Source: Gordonia sp. (in: high G+C Gram-positive bacteria) (lineage in GTDB: Bacteria > Actinomycetota > Actinomycetes > Mycobacteriales > Mycobacteriaceae). From it: DNA of 64,000 nt. Shown one piece after another: positions 20,492 to 30,331 of this stretch (within the stretch, counting starts at the first letter, position 1; each line of letters begins with the position of its first letter). The notes under the pieces were generated by a model that was given only the letters and a program-made list of their open reading frames with translations, did not search any database and was not told the origin of the DNA. Both the position numbers and the translations under genes were made by a program. The stretch spans positions 27,645 to 91,644 of the forward strand of contig NZ_JBQEDL010000013.1 in NCBI RefSeq assembly GCF_052106715.1, read 5' to 3'.

Positions 20492-20935
20492 TTATGTCGC
20501 GTCCCAGTCGGTGTAGTCGTGGAAACGCTTGGAGAGATTGGGTTTCGCGGGGGGCGGCGTCGGAGCAGAGGGTTCGGCGACGGCGGGCGCAGGGCGAGAC
20601 GGCTTCGACGTCCCCTGGATGTCGAGGGTGTCGCGCACAGTGCGGCCGAGGTCGTCCACCGACGAGGAGTCGCCGCCTAGAAGGTGCTTCGTCACCACGC
20701 TGCGGGGGCTCATCTGTCGAAGCTCGTTGATCTGTTGGATAGGCTCCCGAAACTGGTCGAAGTCGGTGCCCATCTCGTCGCGCAACTGGCCAGACGCGCC
20801 GGTCGCATAGTCGCGGACCTTACGGATCGACTGGAACGTCCACGACACCGCGCCGGGCAGTCGCTCCGGACCGAGAATGATCAGACCCGCAGCAAGCAGC
20901 ACCACGATCTCACCCCAGCCGATACTGCTAAACAT
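20492..20935 (-). CDS. tatB: Twin-arginine translocase subunit TatB
   Basis: MFSSIGWGEIVVLLAAGLIILGPERLPG N-terminal TM plus amphipathic helix. Sits downstream of htrA, as in Rv1224. Confidence 0.9.
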   Translation of the reverse strand: MFSSIGWGEIVVLLAAGLIILGPERLPGAVSWTFQSIRKVRDYATGASGQLRDEMGTDFDQFREPIQQINELRQMSPRSVVTKHLLGGDSSSVDDLGRTVRDTLDIQGTSKPSRPAPAVAEPSAPTPPPAKPNLSKRFHDYTDWDAT

Positions 20936-20956
20936 CCGTGAACCCGCTCGATCCGT

Positions 20957-22372
20957 CTAGTCGCTGACCGGCGTGATCGAACCGTCGAAGGTACGTCCTT
21001 CACGCCAGTAGGTGAACTTCACCGCTTCATCGATCTTCGACGTACGAACCGCAACCGTCAACTCGTCAGAGCCCTCGATCTCGCGCCCGTTGTAACTCGT
21101 CACCACGTCGCCCTCACGCAGACCGGCGCGAGCGGACGCACTGCCCTGTGCAACGTCTCGGACCTGCGCGCCGAACACCTTGTCGTTACGGACAGTCGCC
21201 GCGGTCAGGCCGATCGTCGGGTGACTGACCCGGCCGTCCTTGATCAGCGAGTCGAAGACCGGGACGGCCTCATTGATCGGGATCGCGAAGCCCAGACCGA
21301 TCGAGCCGCCGTTCGACGTCCGCGCTGCCGTGTTCACGCCGATCACGTGAGCCTTGGAATCCACCAACGGACCACCCGAGTTACCGGGGTTGATCGCCGC
21401 ATCCGTCTGGACCGCGTTGATCACCGCGTCCGTGTCCGACTCCGCGTCGGGACGCAACGGCACCGGTCGATCAACCGAGCTCACGATGCCCGTCGTCACT
21501 GTCTTAGACAGTCCCAACGGCGAACCGAATGCGACGACGTCCTCGCCGATCTTCACCTTCGACGAGTCGCCCAGAGTCGACACCGTCAGATTCTGAACAT
21601 TGTCGACCTTGATGACGGCGAGGTCGGTCTTCGGGTCGCGCCCGACCAGACGAGCCGGAACACGGGTGCGGTCGAAGAGGACCACCTCGAGTTTCGCCTC
21701 TCGGTCGGCTGCAGCCATCGACACCACGTGATTGTTCGTCGCGATGTAACCGCGCTTGTCGAGCACGAAACCCGAACCCGTCGCGCCACCGCCCGCCGTG
21801 CGCACGTCGATCATGACGACGGCCTTCTCCATCGCGTTCGCAACCTTGGTGACCGAATTCTCGTCGCCGTCGTCGCCCGAGTCCGAACCCGAATCACTCA
21901 AGTGCACCGAGTCCGAGTTCAATGGGGTGGCGACTTCAGCGGTCCAACGACCGACGAGGCCACCGAAGACTCCGATGAGTATCGCGACCATCGCCAATGA
22001 CGCTAACGCCCACCAGTGCACTCGTTGGCCCGACACGAGGTCCCGGACACCTAGCTTGGGGCCCGGATCGACCGGAGCCGGCGTGCTGCCTTCGTGCAGT
22101 GCGGGCCCGGCCAATGCGACGCCGGATTCCGGACTACGCCACGGATCCTCCGGCGCCTGCGGCGCATCGTCGACGGCCACCGCATACGGATCGCGCTGCA
22201 ACGTCTCCGACTCGCCGTCCGGACGACTGAACGCCTCGCTCAAGACAGGGTCTGGCGCAGCAACAGTCGGCTCCGGGCGGCTCGGCGTCGGTGCCTGCGA
22301 GAACGATCCGGTGACGCCTTCCGGACGTCCGAAGACAGCTTCGTCCCTCGACGTGGGGGTTCGATCATCCAC
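20957..22372 (-). CDS. htrA: HtrA/DegP-family membrane-anchored serine protease with PDZ domain
   Basis: Disordered N-terminus, one TM, trypsin-like domain with NPGNSGGPLVD (catalytic Ser), C-terminal PDZ. Rv1223 counterpart. Confidence 0.9.
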   Translation of the reverse strand: MDDRTPTSRDEAVFGRPEGVTGSFSQAPTPSRPEPTVAAPDPVLSEAFSRPDGESETLQRDPYAVAVDDAPQAPEDPWRSPESGVALAGPALHEGSTPAPVDPGPKLGVRDLVSGQRVHWWALASLAMVAILIGVFGGLVGRWTAEVATPLNSDSVHLSDSGSDSGDDGDENSVTKVANAMEKAVVMIDVRTAGGGATGSGFVLDKRGYIATNNHVVSMAAADREAKLEVVLFDRTRVPARLVGRDPKTDLAVIKVDNVQNLTVSTLGDSSKVKIGEDVVAFGSPLGLSKTVTTGIVSSVDRPVPLRPDAESDTDAVINAVQTDAAINPGNSGGPLVDSKAHVIGVNTAARTSNGGSIGLGFAIPINEAVPVFDSLIKDGRVSHPTIGLTAATVRNDKVFGAQVRDVAQGSASARAGLREGDVVTSYNGREIEGSDELTVAVRTSKIDEAVKFTYWREGRTFDGSITPVSD

Positions 22373-22375
22373 GGG

Positions 22376-22735
22376 TCAGCGGCCCCGGCGATTCGATCGG
22401 CCAACGCCACGCATGTCGATCTCCTGCGTGGGAATCTTGCTGAGCTCACCGAGCAACGACGGCGGGGCACTCATCGGCGCACCACCACGAAGCAGCGAGC
22501 GTGCACGGACCTGACTGACGACCTCTTCAGAACACTTCGCACACAGCGACAGATGAGAATCGGCACGGGAGGTGGCCATCGGCGACAACTCGTTGTCGAC
22601 ATAGGCGACCACGGCTTCGACCGCGAGATGCTCAGTGGGCGCGAACTCGTGGCGCGCAGCGTGTTCAGGATTGGGAACGATCGACGAACTCACCGGCGCC
22701 CAACGGCGACCGGACGAACGGTGTCCCAGACCCAC
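22376..22735 (-). CDS. rseA: Anti-sigma-E factor RseA (zf-HC2)
   Basis: TEHLAVEAVVAYVDNELSPMATSRADSHLSLCAKCSEEV matches the H-x3-C-x2-C anti-sigma motif and M. tuberculosis RseA. Start inferred at GTG 22735, 8 nt after GGAAGGGG; GTG 22753 and TTG 22777 are also possible. Confidence 0.8.
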   Translation of the reverse strand: MGLGHRSSGRRWAPVSSSIVPNPEHAARHEFAPTEHLAVEAVVAYVDNELSPMATSRADSHLSLCAKCSEEVVSQVRARSLLRGGAPMSAPPSLLGELSKIPTQEIDMRGVGRSNRRGR

Positions 22736-22805
22736 TGGCGGCGCCCCTTCCACTCGGCGGCCGCTGCGGCGGCCCAACGCGATCGGTCGGGCCCAGCTTA
22801 CGCGA

Positions 22806-23522
22806 TCAGCCCTCACTGGCGACGGCGACCGAGCGGCTGTCGGTGTGCCCACGTGCCGCGAGGTACTCACGAATCCCCTGCCGACCACGGTGAATGCGGC
22901 TGCGGACCGTACCCATCTTGACGCCCAACGTAGCGCCGACCTCCTCGTACGAGAGGCCTTCGATGTCACACAGCACCACGGCGGCACGGAACTCCGGCGC
23001 CAATGCGTCGAGCGCTTCCTGGAGCTCCTGGCCGAGGTTCGCGTCCGCATAGGCCTGCTGCGGGTCGGGCGTGTCGGTCGGGATCTTCTCGTAGACGGGC
23101 TCGAGCGCTTCCATCCGGATCTTGGCGCGACGACGAACCATGTCGAGGAACAGGTTGGTCGTGATGCGGTGCAACCAACCCTCGAAGGTTCCCGGCTTGT
23201 AGCTGGTCAGCGACCGGAAGACTCGGATGAACGTCTCCTGGGTGAGGTCCTCAGCATCATGCTGATTACCCGAGAGCCGGTAAGCGAGGCGGTAGACCCG
23301 ATCGGCGTGCTCGGCGACGAGCTCGTCCCACGACGGCATCAGGGTGGTGTCGCCGGTCGCATCGAAGCCCGCAGTCCCGCGGAAGGAGTCACGCGAGGCC
23401 GATTCGGTGGTGTCAGGGACGGTCATCGGTGCGGTGCCAGTTCCTTTCATCGCGAAATCGCGGACAGACCGAGCATTGTCCCCCGGTACAACGTCAGCGC
23501 CGCGATCGATATTCCAAGCCAT
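22806..23522 (-). CDS. sigE: ECF RNA polymerase sigma factor SigE
   Basis: Near-identical blocks to M. tuberculosis SigE ([44 protein letters not shown]; [35 protein letters not shown]). The exact start among several Met codons is uncertain. Confidence 0.92.
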   Translation of the reverse strand: MAWNIDRGADVVPGDNARSVRDFAMKGTGTAPMTVPDTTESASRDSFRGTAGFDATGDTTLMPSWDELVAEHADRVYRLAYRLSGNQHDAEDLTQETFIRVFRSLTSYKPGTFEGWLHRITTNLFLDMVRRRAKIRMEALEPVYEKIPTDTPDPQQAYADANLGQELQEALDALAPEFRAAVVLCDIEGLSYEEVGATLGVKMGTVRSRIHRGRQGIREYLAARGHTDSRSVAVASEG

Positions 23523-23675
23523 TGACTATGACCCTCTCGCACTCGAATGTGGGACCCCCCAGAACGGGCTGTGTGTTCCCTGAGGATGTGAGGCAGCACG
23601 TCCACAGGATGTGGAATCGGTCGTGAGCGGCGTGGGGCGGGCCCTGGTCAGCACCACTGTGGCACCCTCGTTGAC

Positions 23676-24326
23676 ATGACTGACACGACTGGTTCGCAGA
23701 CCACCGACCAGCTCGCCGCTTACGCCGAAGCTGCGATCATCGAAGACGATGCGATGGCCGCCGCACGGATGCGCGGCGAAGAGCTCGGCGCGCGCGCCGT
23801 CAGCCCCGCTACCGGAGCCCTTCTGTCACTCTTCGCCCGGACGGCGAACGCCGAGCACGTCGTCGAGATCGGGACCGGCGTTGGCGTGAGCAGCCTCTGG
23901 CTGCTGGCGGGAATGCCGTCGACCGGCGTCCTGACCACGATCGACCCCGAATCCGAGCATCACCGTGCCGCTCGAGAGACATTCGCCGACGCGGAGATCG
24001 CGCCCGGACGGACACGCTTGATCAACGGTGCACCGACCGACGTCCTCACCCGGCTCGCCGACGAATCGTACGATCTCGTGTTCGTCGACGGACCGCCCAT
24101 GTCGTACCCGGCGTTCGTCACCGAAGCGGTACGCATCCTGCGGCCGGGAGGACTGCTCGTGGTGAACAACGCCTCGGCCGACGGAACCATCGCCGACCGC
24201 GACGCAACCGACCCGCGGACACTCGCCGCACGCGAGGCGGCGACCATCGTCGCCGACGACGACCGCTTCCTGCCCGCCGTGATTCCCGTCGGCAATGGCC
24301 TGTTGGCGGCAGCGAAGGCCCGTTAG
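23676..24326 (+). CDS. Class I SAM-dependent O-methyltransferase (caffeoyl-CoA OMT-like; Rv1220c counterpart)
   Basis: SAM motif VVEIGTGVGVSSLWL, FVDGP, and length of about 216 aa. Divergent from sigE, as in mycobacteria. Confidence 0.8.
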   Translation: MTDTTGSQTTDQLAAYAEAAIIEDDAMAAARMRGEELGARAVSPATGALLSLFARTANAEHVVEIGTGVGVSSLWLLAGMPSTGVLTTIDPESEHHRAARETFADAEIAPGRTRLINGAPTDVLTRLADESYDLVFVDGPPMSYPAFVTEAVRILRPGGLLVVNNASADGTIADRDATDPRTLAAREAATIVADDDRFLPAVIPVGNGLLAAAKAR

Positions 24327-24517
24327 TCTCCCATCGGACAGCCGACGGACACGTGCGAGGGCCCAGCAGCCATCGGGCACCACAGTGGACGTCGACGTCA
24401 GACGTGCCAGTAAGATCGCTGGCGCGCCGCCGGACGTCCTTCGTTCGAACGACCAGCAGACTAACGTCTCACATGCCGAACTCGAAGGGCCCGGTGACAA
24501 CGGACCAAGGAGACACC

Positions 24518-25420
24518 ATGAGGAAGCTCGCGACCGCTGCCGTCGTGGCGACGTGCATCGTCGTGACGGTGACGGGCTGTCGGGACAGCGGCGACGCTGA
24601 TCGAGCATCCGATTCGGACCAGCCGCAGTCGACGGCGAGCGGGGCTCGCGCCGACGTATCGCCGACGCAGTCCGCCCCGGCCGTCGACCACCCGGTCACT
24701 GCAGGTCCGGGCGGGTGCCTGGACCTCGGGGCAGCGACCGTCGCACGGGCGGTCTCCTCCATCGACGCGTACGGCGGACGCGGATTCGTCGCGTCGGAGG
24801 GGACCCGCGCCGAACTCGGCTCCTGTCCCGAACTCATGTGGGCCAACGCTGACCTCGAAGGCGGGACCGGCAGCTCCCCCCAGCGCATCCTGTTCTTCGA
24901 CGCCGACGGTTTCATCCGCTACGACACCGAGGCGTACACCGCGTTCACATCGGTCCTACGCTCCACGATCGACTCGGTCGTCGTCCGCTACCGCTGGCTC
25001 GAGGGCCGCGACTCGACCGCGAACCCGACCGGCGGACCCGTCGACGTCACGTACACGCTGTCCGGGCAGAACGTGATCGCCGACCGCACGATCCCCGACC
25101 GGGCGCTCGTCGCCCCGCCGAACACGGACACGGTCCCGATTCCCGACACGACGCCGAACACAGTGGCGCCGCAGGCACCCGACGTCGCGGCGCCGCCAAC
25201 CACGTCAGAGGCGCCAGAGCAGTCGACGACCCCGTACCCGTCGCTCCCGACAAGGCCAACGACACCAGGCCCGTCATCCGAAGCCGCACCGTCGGAGAGT
25301 GCCCCGTCGTCGAAGCCCCGACCGTCGACCAGCCCGCGACCACCGGCTGGATTCGTTCCGCCGACCGAACTGCTGCCGCGGCCGCACACACCGCGGTCGG
25401 CACCGTCGCTGCCGCGGTAG
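24518..25420 (+). CDS. LppP/LprE-like lipoprotein with Pro-rich C-terminal tail
   Basis: ATG 24518 lies 5 nt after AAGGAG. MRKLATAAVVATCIVVTVTGC lipobox. Central block SSPQRILFFDADGFIRYDT is typical of the LppP/LprE family as I recall it. The last ~100 aa are Pro/Thr/Ser-rich. Confidence 0.6.
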   Translation: MRKLATAAVVATCIVVTVTGCRDSGDADRASDSDQPQSTASGARADVSPTQSAPAVDHPVTAGPGGCLDLGAATVARAVSSIDAYGGRGFVASEGTRAELGSCPELMWANADLEGGTGSSPQRILFFDADGFIRYDTEAYTAFTSVLRSTIDSVVVRYRWLEGRDSTANPTGGPVDVTYTLSGQNVIADRTIPDRALVAPPNTDTVPIPDTTPNTVAPQAPDVAAPPTTSEAPEQSTTPYPSLPTRPTTPGPSSEAAPSESAPSSKPRPSTSPRPPAGFVPPTELLPRPHTPRSAPSLPR

Positions 25421-25451
25421 CAGCCGCGAGGGATCAGGCAGCCACGTCGGG

Positions 25452-26543
25452 TCAGACATCGGTCGAGAAGCGGATACCGCCGTCGGGCACCTGGATGCCC
25501 GGCCACACACGGGCCCCGCGCAGCAGCTCGCAACGCGCGCCGATGGATGCGCGGTCACCGATCACGGTGTCGCGGATCAGTGCACCCGCGCCGACGCTCG
25601 CGCCGAAGCCGACGATGCTGCGTTCGACGACGGCGCCGGCCTCGACCCTCGCGCCGTCGAACACGACGGCGCCGTCGAGCCGAGCCCCCGCCCCGACGAT
25701 CGCGCCGCGACCGACGACAGTCCCGCCGATGAGGACAGCTCCCCGTGCCACGTCGGCACCGTCGAGGACGAGCGCCTCACCGCACTGCTGAGCGATCGCA
25801 GGCGACGGCGCGATGCCGCGCACGAGGTCGGCGCTACCGCGCACGAAGTCTTCGGGCGTGCCCATGTCACGCCAGTAGGCTGCATCGACGTGCGCATGGA
25901 TGTGCCGTCCGTGCGCAAGAAGCGACGGGAACACCTCGCGCTCCACCGAAACGGCCCGCCCGGTAGGGATCTCACCGATTACGCTGCGGTTGAACACATA
26001 CGTTCCAGCGTTGATCTGGTTGGTCGGCGGATCCTGCGTCTTCTCCAAGAACGCGGTGACGCGGCCGTCGGCGTCGGTTGGCACACAACCGAACGCACGC
26101 GGGTCACTGACGCGGACCAGGTGCAATGTCACCTCGGCACCCGACTCCTGGTGAGTGGTCACCACATCGTGGATGTCCGTGCCGCCGAGAACATCGCCGT
26201 TGAAGACGAGGATCGTGTCCGCCGTCAACGAGTCGTAGACATTGCGAATTCCGCCGCCGGTGCCGAGCGGTTGCTCCTCGGTAACGTACGTGAGGTCCAG
26301 GCCGAGCGACGAGCCGTCGCCGTAATACTCTTCGAACACTTCGGCTTTGAACGAGGTGCCGAGTACGACGTCGGTGATCCCCGCTTCGCGGATCCGCGAC
26401 AGCAGATGCGTGAGGAACGGCTGGCCGGCGGTCGGGAGCATCGGCTTGGGTGCCGACAGCGTCAGCGGGCGGAGCCTTGTGCCCTTGCCGCCGACGAGGA
26501 TCAGTGCCTGAACAGACGGTGCCACGGAGTTTCCTTCCATCAT
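25452..26543 (-). CDS. manB: Mannose-1-phosphate guanylyltransferase-type sugar nucleotidyltransferase (Rv3264c ManB/RmlA2-like)
   Basis: ALILVGGKGTRLRPLT nucleotidyltransferase motif plus C-terminal left-handed beta-helix hexapeptide repeats. Start at MMEGNS (26543). The ORF-track start at 26807 would overlap wbbL. Confidence 0.85.
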   Translation of the reverse strand: MMEGNSVAPSVQALILVGGKGTRLRPLTLSAPKPMLPTAGQPFLTHLLSRIREAGITDVVLGTSFKAEVFEEYYGDGSSLGLDLTYVTEEQPLGTGGGIRNVYDSLTADTILVFNGDVLGGTDIHDVVTTHQESGAEVTLHLVRVSDPRAFGCVPTDADGRVTAFLEKTQDPPTNQINAGTYVFNRSVIGEIPTGRAVSVEREVFPSLLAHGRHIHAHVDAAYWRDMGTPEDFVRGSADLVRGIAPSPAIAQQCGEALVLDGADVARGAVLIGGTVVGRGAIVGAGARLDGAVVFDGARVEAGAVVERSIVGFGASVGAGALIRDTVIGDRASIGARCELLRGARVWPGIQVPDGGIRFSTDV

Positions 26544-26563
26544 CGATACGGGTCGGACGCCGG

Positions 26564-27445
26564 TCAGACGTCGCTGCCGGTGTGCCGTCGCTCGCGCAGG
26601 GCCGCTGAGACAGCGAGCTTCGACCGAACGGCCAGCCCGGCCCGCAGGGCAAGGCGCAAGGGCGCTCGGAGCGCCCCCGGGTTCCGGTCCGCATTGAACC
26701 GGTAGGCGCTCTGGTGATGCGCCGGAATCATCTTCTCGGGGTGCTTGCTGACTGAGTGACTCTTGGCGTGCAGGACGCTGGCGCTCGGTACGTAGACGTT
26801 GAGCCACCCGGCACGACCGAACCGGTCACCAAGGTCGACGTCCTCCATGAACATGAAGTAGCGGGAGTCGAAGCCGTCGACTCCGTCGAATGCGCTGCGC
26901 CGCACCAGAAGGCACGATCCGGACAGCCACCCGACAGGACGCTCGGTCAGTCCCTGCTCGTCGTCGCGGTAGGCCCTGGTCCACGGGTTGGACGGCCAGA
27001 CGGCACCGAGGACGGCATGCCCGGTGCCCGACACGAGATTCGGGACGGCGCGCGCCGACGGGTACACCGAGCCGTCGAGCTCGGTCACGAGGGGGCCAAG
27101 GCTGGCGGCGCGCGGCCACCGTCGGGCGGCTGCGAGGAGTACGTCCAGCGAGCCGGGAGACCATTCGACGTCGGGGTTAGCGATGACGACGAAGTCGAGG
27201 TCAGGATCGAGCTCGGCGACGCCGCGATTCACGGCCGCGCCATAGCCGATGTTCCCGCCCGAGTCGACGAGTGTCACGTTCTCGTGCTCGGCCGCTGCCT
27301 TCTCGGGTGCGCCGTCGGTGGATCCGTTGTCGGCGATCACGATCTGAGGGCTGTGCTGCGACGCGTCGCCGAGCGTGCGCAGAAAGTTGTGCAGGTAGTC
27401 ACCGGACGAATAGGTCACGGTCACTACGCCGAAAGGAGCAGTCAC
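26564..27445 (-). CDS. wbbL: GT2 rhamnosyltransferase WbbL (arabinogalactan linker-unit synthesis)
   Basis: VTVTYSSG ... IADNGSTDG ... GT2 fold with a DxD-type region. Lies between rmlD and manB exactly as Rv3265c does. Confidence 0.8.
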   Translation of the reverse strand: MTAPFGVVTVTYSSGDYLHNFLRTLGDASQHSPQIVIADNGSTDGAPEKAAAEHENVTLVDSGGNIGYGAAVNRGVAELDPDLDFVVIANPDVEWSPGSLDVLLAAARRWPRAASLGPLVTELDGSVYPSARAVPNLVSGTGHAVLGAVWPSNPWTRAYRDDEQGLTERPVGWLSGSCLLVRRSAFDGVDGFDSRYFMFMEDVDLGDRFGRAGWLNVYVPSASVLHAKSHSVSKHPEKMIPAHHQSAYRFNADRNPGALRAPLRLALRAGLAVRSKLAVSAALRERRHTGSDV

Positions 27446-27454
27446 CGCGACAGA

Positions 27455-28375
27455 CTAACCCGAAGTCGGTGCGCCGAGCGCGTCGCGGAGGGCATCCGGC
27501 CAGTCACGCAGCGGCGTGAAGCCCGCGTTCTCCCAGCTCTTCGCAGACAACACCGAGTACGGCGGACGCGGTGCTGGCCGTGGGAATTGTTCTGTGCTGC
27601 AAGGCTTCACCCGCTCAGGATCGGCTCCGAGGACGGTGAACACAGCGCGAGCGAGATCACACCAGGTGGCTTCACCGGCATTGGTCGCGTGAACGACCGA
27701 TCCACCGTGTGAACGACCCGCGAGCATGCTGACGGCAAGTTCCCACAACCCGTCTGCCAGGTCGGGCGCGTACGTCGGCGAGCCGCGTTGGTCGTCGACC
27801 ACGGTGATCTCGTCTCGCTCGCCCTCCAGGCGACGCATCGTCGTCACGAAGTCGCGGACCGGGGGGCGCCCGGTGAACACCCACGCGGTGCGCACCACGA
27901 CGCCGTTCGGGTCGGCGGCGGCCATCGCCCGCTCCCCCGCGAGCTTGCTCGCTCCGTAGACGGTGTCGGGCTCCGCGTCGCCGCGCAGATCGGACGGCTC
28001 GAGCGGAGAGCCCCACAGTCCGTGCCCGGACGTCGGCCGCCCGAACACGTAGTCGGTCGAGACGTGGATCAGGTGCGCTCTCGCCGCCGCTGTAGCCGAG
28101 GCGAGATTCGCCGGCCCGTCGGCGTTGACGGCATATGCGACGTCGCGGGAGGTCTCGGCCCCGTCGACATCGGTGAACGCCGCAGCGTTGACGACGACGT
28201 CTCCGTCTCGCAGATCGGCGAGCGCCGATCGGACCGAAGCGTTCGACGCGATGTCAATGTCCGACGACCTCAACCCCACGACACAGACGTCTGTAGGGAC
28301 CGCACGAGATGCGAGGAGGGCGGATCCGAGTTGGCCTGCGGCACCGATCACATAGACCGTCGAGGGAGAGTTCAC
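27455..28375 (-). CDS. rmlD: dTDP-4-dehydrorhamnose reductase RmlD
   Basis: IGAAGQLG Rossmann motif, STDYVF and YGASK catalytic region. Rv3266c position. Confidence 0.88.
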   Translation of the reverse strand: MNSPSTVYVIGAAGQLGSALLASRAVPTDVCVVGLRSSDIDIASNASVRSALADLRDGDVVVNAAAFTDVDGAETSRDVAYAVNADGPANLASATAAARAHLIHVSTDYVFGRPTSGHGLWGSPLEPSDLRGDAEPDTVYGASKLAGERAMAAADPNGVVVRTAWVFTGRPPVRDFVTTMRRLEGERDEITVVDDQRGSPTYAPDLADGLWELAVSMLAGRSHGGSVVHATNAGEATWCDLARAVFTVLGADPERVKPCSTEQFPRPAPRPPYSVLSAKSWENAGFTPLRDWPDALRDALGAPTSG

Positions 28376-28766
28376 ACCGACAATCGTGCCTCACCCGGGA
28401 CGTGGCGTCGCCCACGCCCGGGCGCGCTTCCCCGATTGGTCCCGGACTCGCCAGTATCCTCGTGCGGGAGACCGCGTCGGACGGCGCGCACCGACTTGCA
28501 GTGAAGGGAACGACACACGCGTGGATCAGCGACGTGAAGGCGGCGAGGACAAGCCTCGCCGCAATGGCACTCGCGGGAGGACCGACGGCGCTGCGCCGCG
28601 CCCGCGTGGAGACGCGCCGCGCCGACGTCGACCGGCTCCGGTCGATACCGGCACACGCCGTCGTCGAACGTCCGAGGAGATCCACACGAAGCCCCGCAAG
28701 CGCCGACCTCCGAAAGAGGCGAAGTCCGTGGCCGGCGCCGAGGGTGCTGGCGAGCGTGCATCGGAG

Positions 28767-30308
28767 ATGCACTCACGCGGTGCAGGTGCGGCCAAGGCCG
28801 GAACTCTGCGCGAAGCGGTGTCGGTGTGGGCCACCCGACCGATCGCCGGAGTCCCGCCGAAGCACATCGGTCGGACGCTCGTCGCGTTGATCACGATCCT
28901 GGTCTTGGTGATCACGGGCGTCGGGTGGAGCGAGTTCAACTCGATCCGATCGTCGGCGACCCAACTCGGCGGGCTCGCCTTGGGCGGGGGCGACGACGGA
29001 GCCGTCGACGTCCTGCTGGTGGGAACCGACTCGCGCAACGACGCCAAAGGCAATCCGCTCCCTGAGGACCAGCTCAAGCGTCTCCGCGTGAGCGGCGAGG
29101 TCTCGACGAGCACGGACACGATCCTGTTGGTCCGCATCCCGAACGACGGGTCCGCCGCGACTGCTGTGTCGATCCCCCGCGACACGTACGTCGAAGTCCC
29201 AGGACTCGGCAAGAGCAAGATCAATTCCGCCTATGGCACCACGCGGGAGACCGTCCGCGCCCGCGACGTCGAGAACGGCGCCACCGAGGCCGAGGCGGAA
29301 GAGGAAGGCACCAAGGCGGGCCGACAGGCGCTCATCAAGACCGTCGGAAACCTGACCGGCGTCACCGTCGACCACTACGCCGAGGTCGGACTCCTCGGCT
29401 TCGCGCTGCTCACCGACGCGGTCGGCGGCGTCGAAGTGTGTCTGAAGAACTCCGTTCGGGAACCCTTGTCCGGAGCTCGTTTCCGCAAGGGCAAGCAGAC
29501 CCTCGACGGCCCGAAGGCCCTCAGCTTCGTTCGGCAGCGTCACGGACTGCCGCGCGGCGACCTCGACCGCATCACCCGACAGCAGGTGTACATGGCATCG
29601 CTCGCGCAGAAGATCCTGTCGACGCAGACGCTCACCGACTCCGGTAAGCTCAACGAACTCCAGGACGCCGTCTCCAAGTCGGTGCTGCTCGACGACGGAT
29701 GGGACATCATCAGTTTCGCCGAGCAGCTCAAGGACCTCACGGGCGGCAACATCAAGTTCGCCACTATCCCGATCGCCGACGACCAAGCGTGGAGCGACGA
29801 CGGCACCCAAAGCGTCCTCGCAATCGACCCGCCAGCCGTGCACACGTTCGTCGACCGACTGCTGGGCAACCAGGAGCCGGAGAAGTCCGACAACCCCCGT
29901 GCCGAGTTCACGGTGGACGTGATCAACGCGGGCACCGTCGACGGTCTCGCAGGCAACGTGTCGCGGGTGCTGGCCAGCCGTGGCTTCAAGGCCGGTGCGA
30001 CGTCGAACAAGCCGATGAACGAGTTCGACTCGCTGGTGTACGCGAACTCCACGGATAACGAGGGCGCGAAACAACTGGTCAGCGACCTCGGCGGAGGCAT
30101 TCAGATCCGCGAGGACTCCTCGCTTCCCGAGAACCACCTCAAGGTCGCGCTCACCAACACGTATGTGGGTGCGGGTTCGATCGTCAACACCGGCGACCAG
30201 GGCGGTGGCGACGACGGCGGCACCGAAGCGAGCGCCTCGTCGACGTCGTCGGCTCCCTCGTCCAAGGTCATCAAGGCCGACAACGACGGCCCGGTCTGCG
30301 TCAACTGA
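28767..30308 (+). CDS. LytR-CpsA-Psr (LCP) family cell-wall glycopolymer ligase (Rv3267-like)
   Basis: TM anchor (TLVALITILVLVITGVGW). LCP core (VLLVGTDSRND ... DTILLVRIPNDGSAATAVSIPRDTYVEVPG ... SKINSAY). C-terminal LytR_C domain. The start is ambiguous: ATG 28767, or GTG 28521, which would add an Arg-rich 82-aa tail. Confidence 0.85.
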   Translation: MHSRGAGAAKAGTLREAVSVWATRPIAGVPPKHIGRTLVALITILVLVITGVGWSEFNSIRSSATQLGGLALGGGDDGAVDVLLVGTDSRNDAKGNPLPEDQLKRLRVSGEVSTSTDTILLVRIPNDGSAATAVSIPRDTYVEVPGLGKSKINSAYGTTRETVRARDVENGATEAEAEEEGTKAGRQALIKTVGNLTGVTVDHYAEVGLLGFALLTDAVGGVEVCLKNSVREPLSGARFRKGKQTLDGPKALSFVRQRHGLPRGDLDRITRQQVYMASLAQKILSTQTLTDSGKLNELQDAVSKSVLLDDGWDIISFAEQLKDLTGGNIKFATIPIADDQAWSDDGTQSVLAIDPPAVHTFVDRLLGNQEPEKSDNPRAEFTVDVINAGTVDGLAGNVSRVLASRGFKAGATSNKPMNEFDSLVYANSTDNEGAKQLVSDLGGGIQIREDSSLPENHLKVALTNTYVGAGSIVNTGDQGGGDDGGTEASASSTSSAPSSKVIKADNDGPVCVN

Positions 30309-30331
30309 TCGACGTCGGCGACGATGGTTGG

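Noticed and set aside
22736-23050. N-terminal 105 codons of the 224-aa ORF 22376..23050
   Set aside because: This portion overlaps the sigE coding region in another frame and has an Arg/Ser-rich nonsense composition. Only the C-terminal about 119 codons match RseA, so the gene was trimmed to a GTG start at 22735.
23563-23579. GGAAC ... GTT (minus strand) upstream of sigE, considered as a SigE-type autoregulatory promoter
   Set aside because: The spacing between GGAAC and GTT is only 9 nt, whereas ECF/SigE promoters need about 16-17 nt. I cannot support a promoter call from sequence alone.
25299-26705. 468-aa plus-strand ORF antisense to manB
   Set aside because: Antisense high-GC artefact. 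The minus frame carries the nucleotidyltransferase motif and hexapeptide repeats.
28773-30137. 454-aa minus-strand ORF antisense to the LCP gene
   Set aside because: Antisense high-GC artefact. The plus frame has the LCP core motifs.
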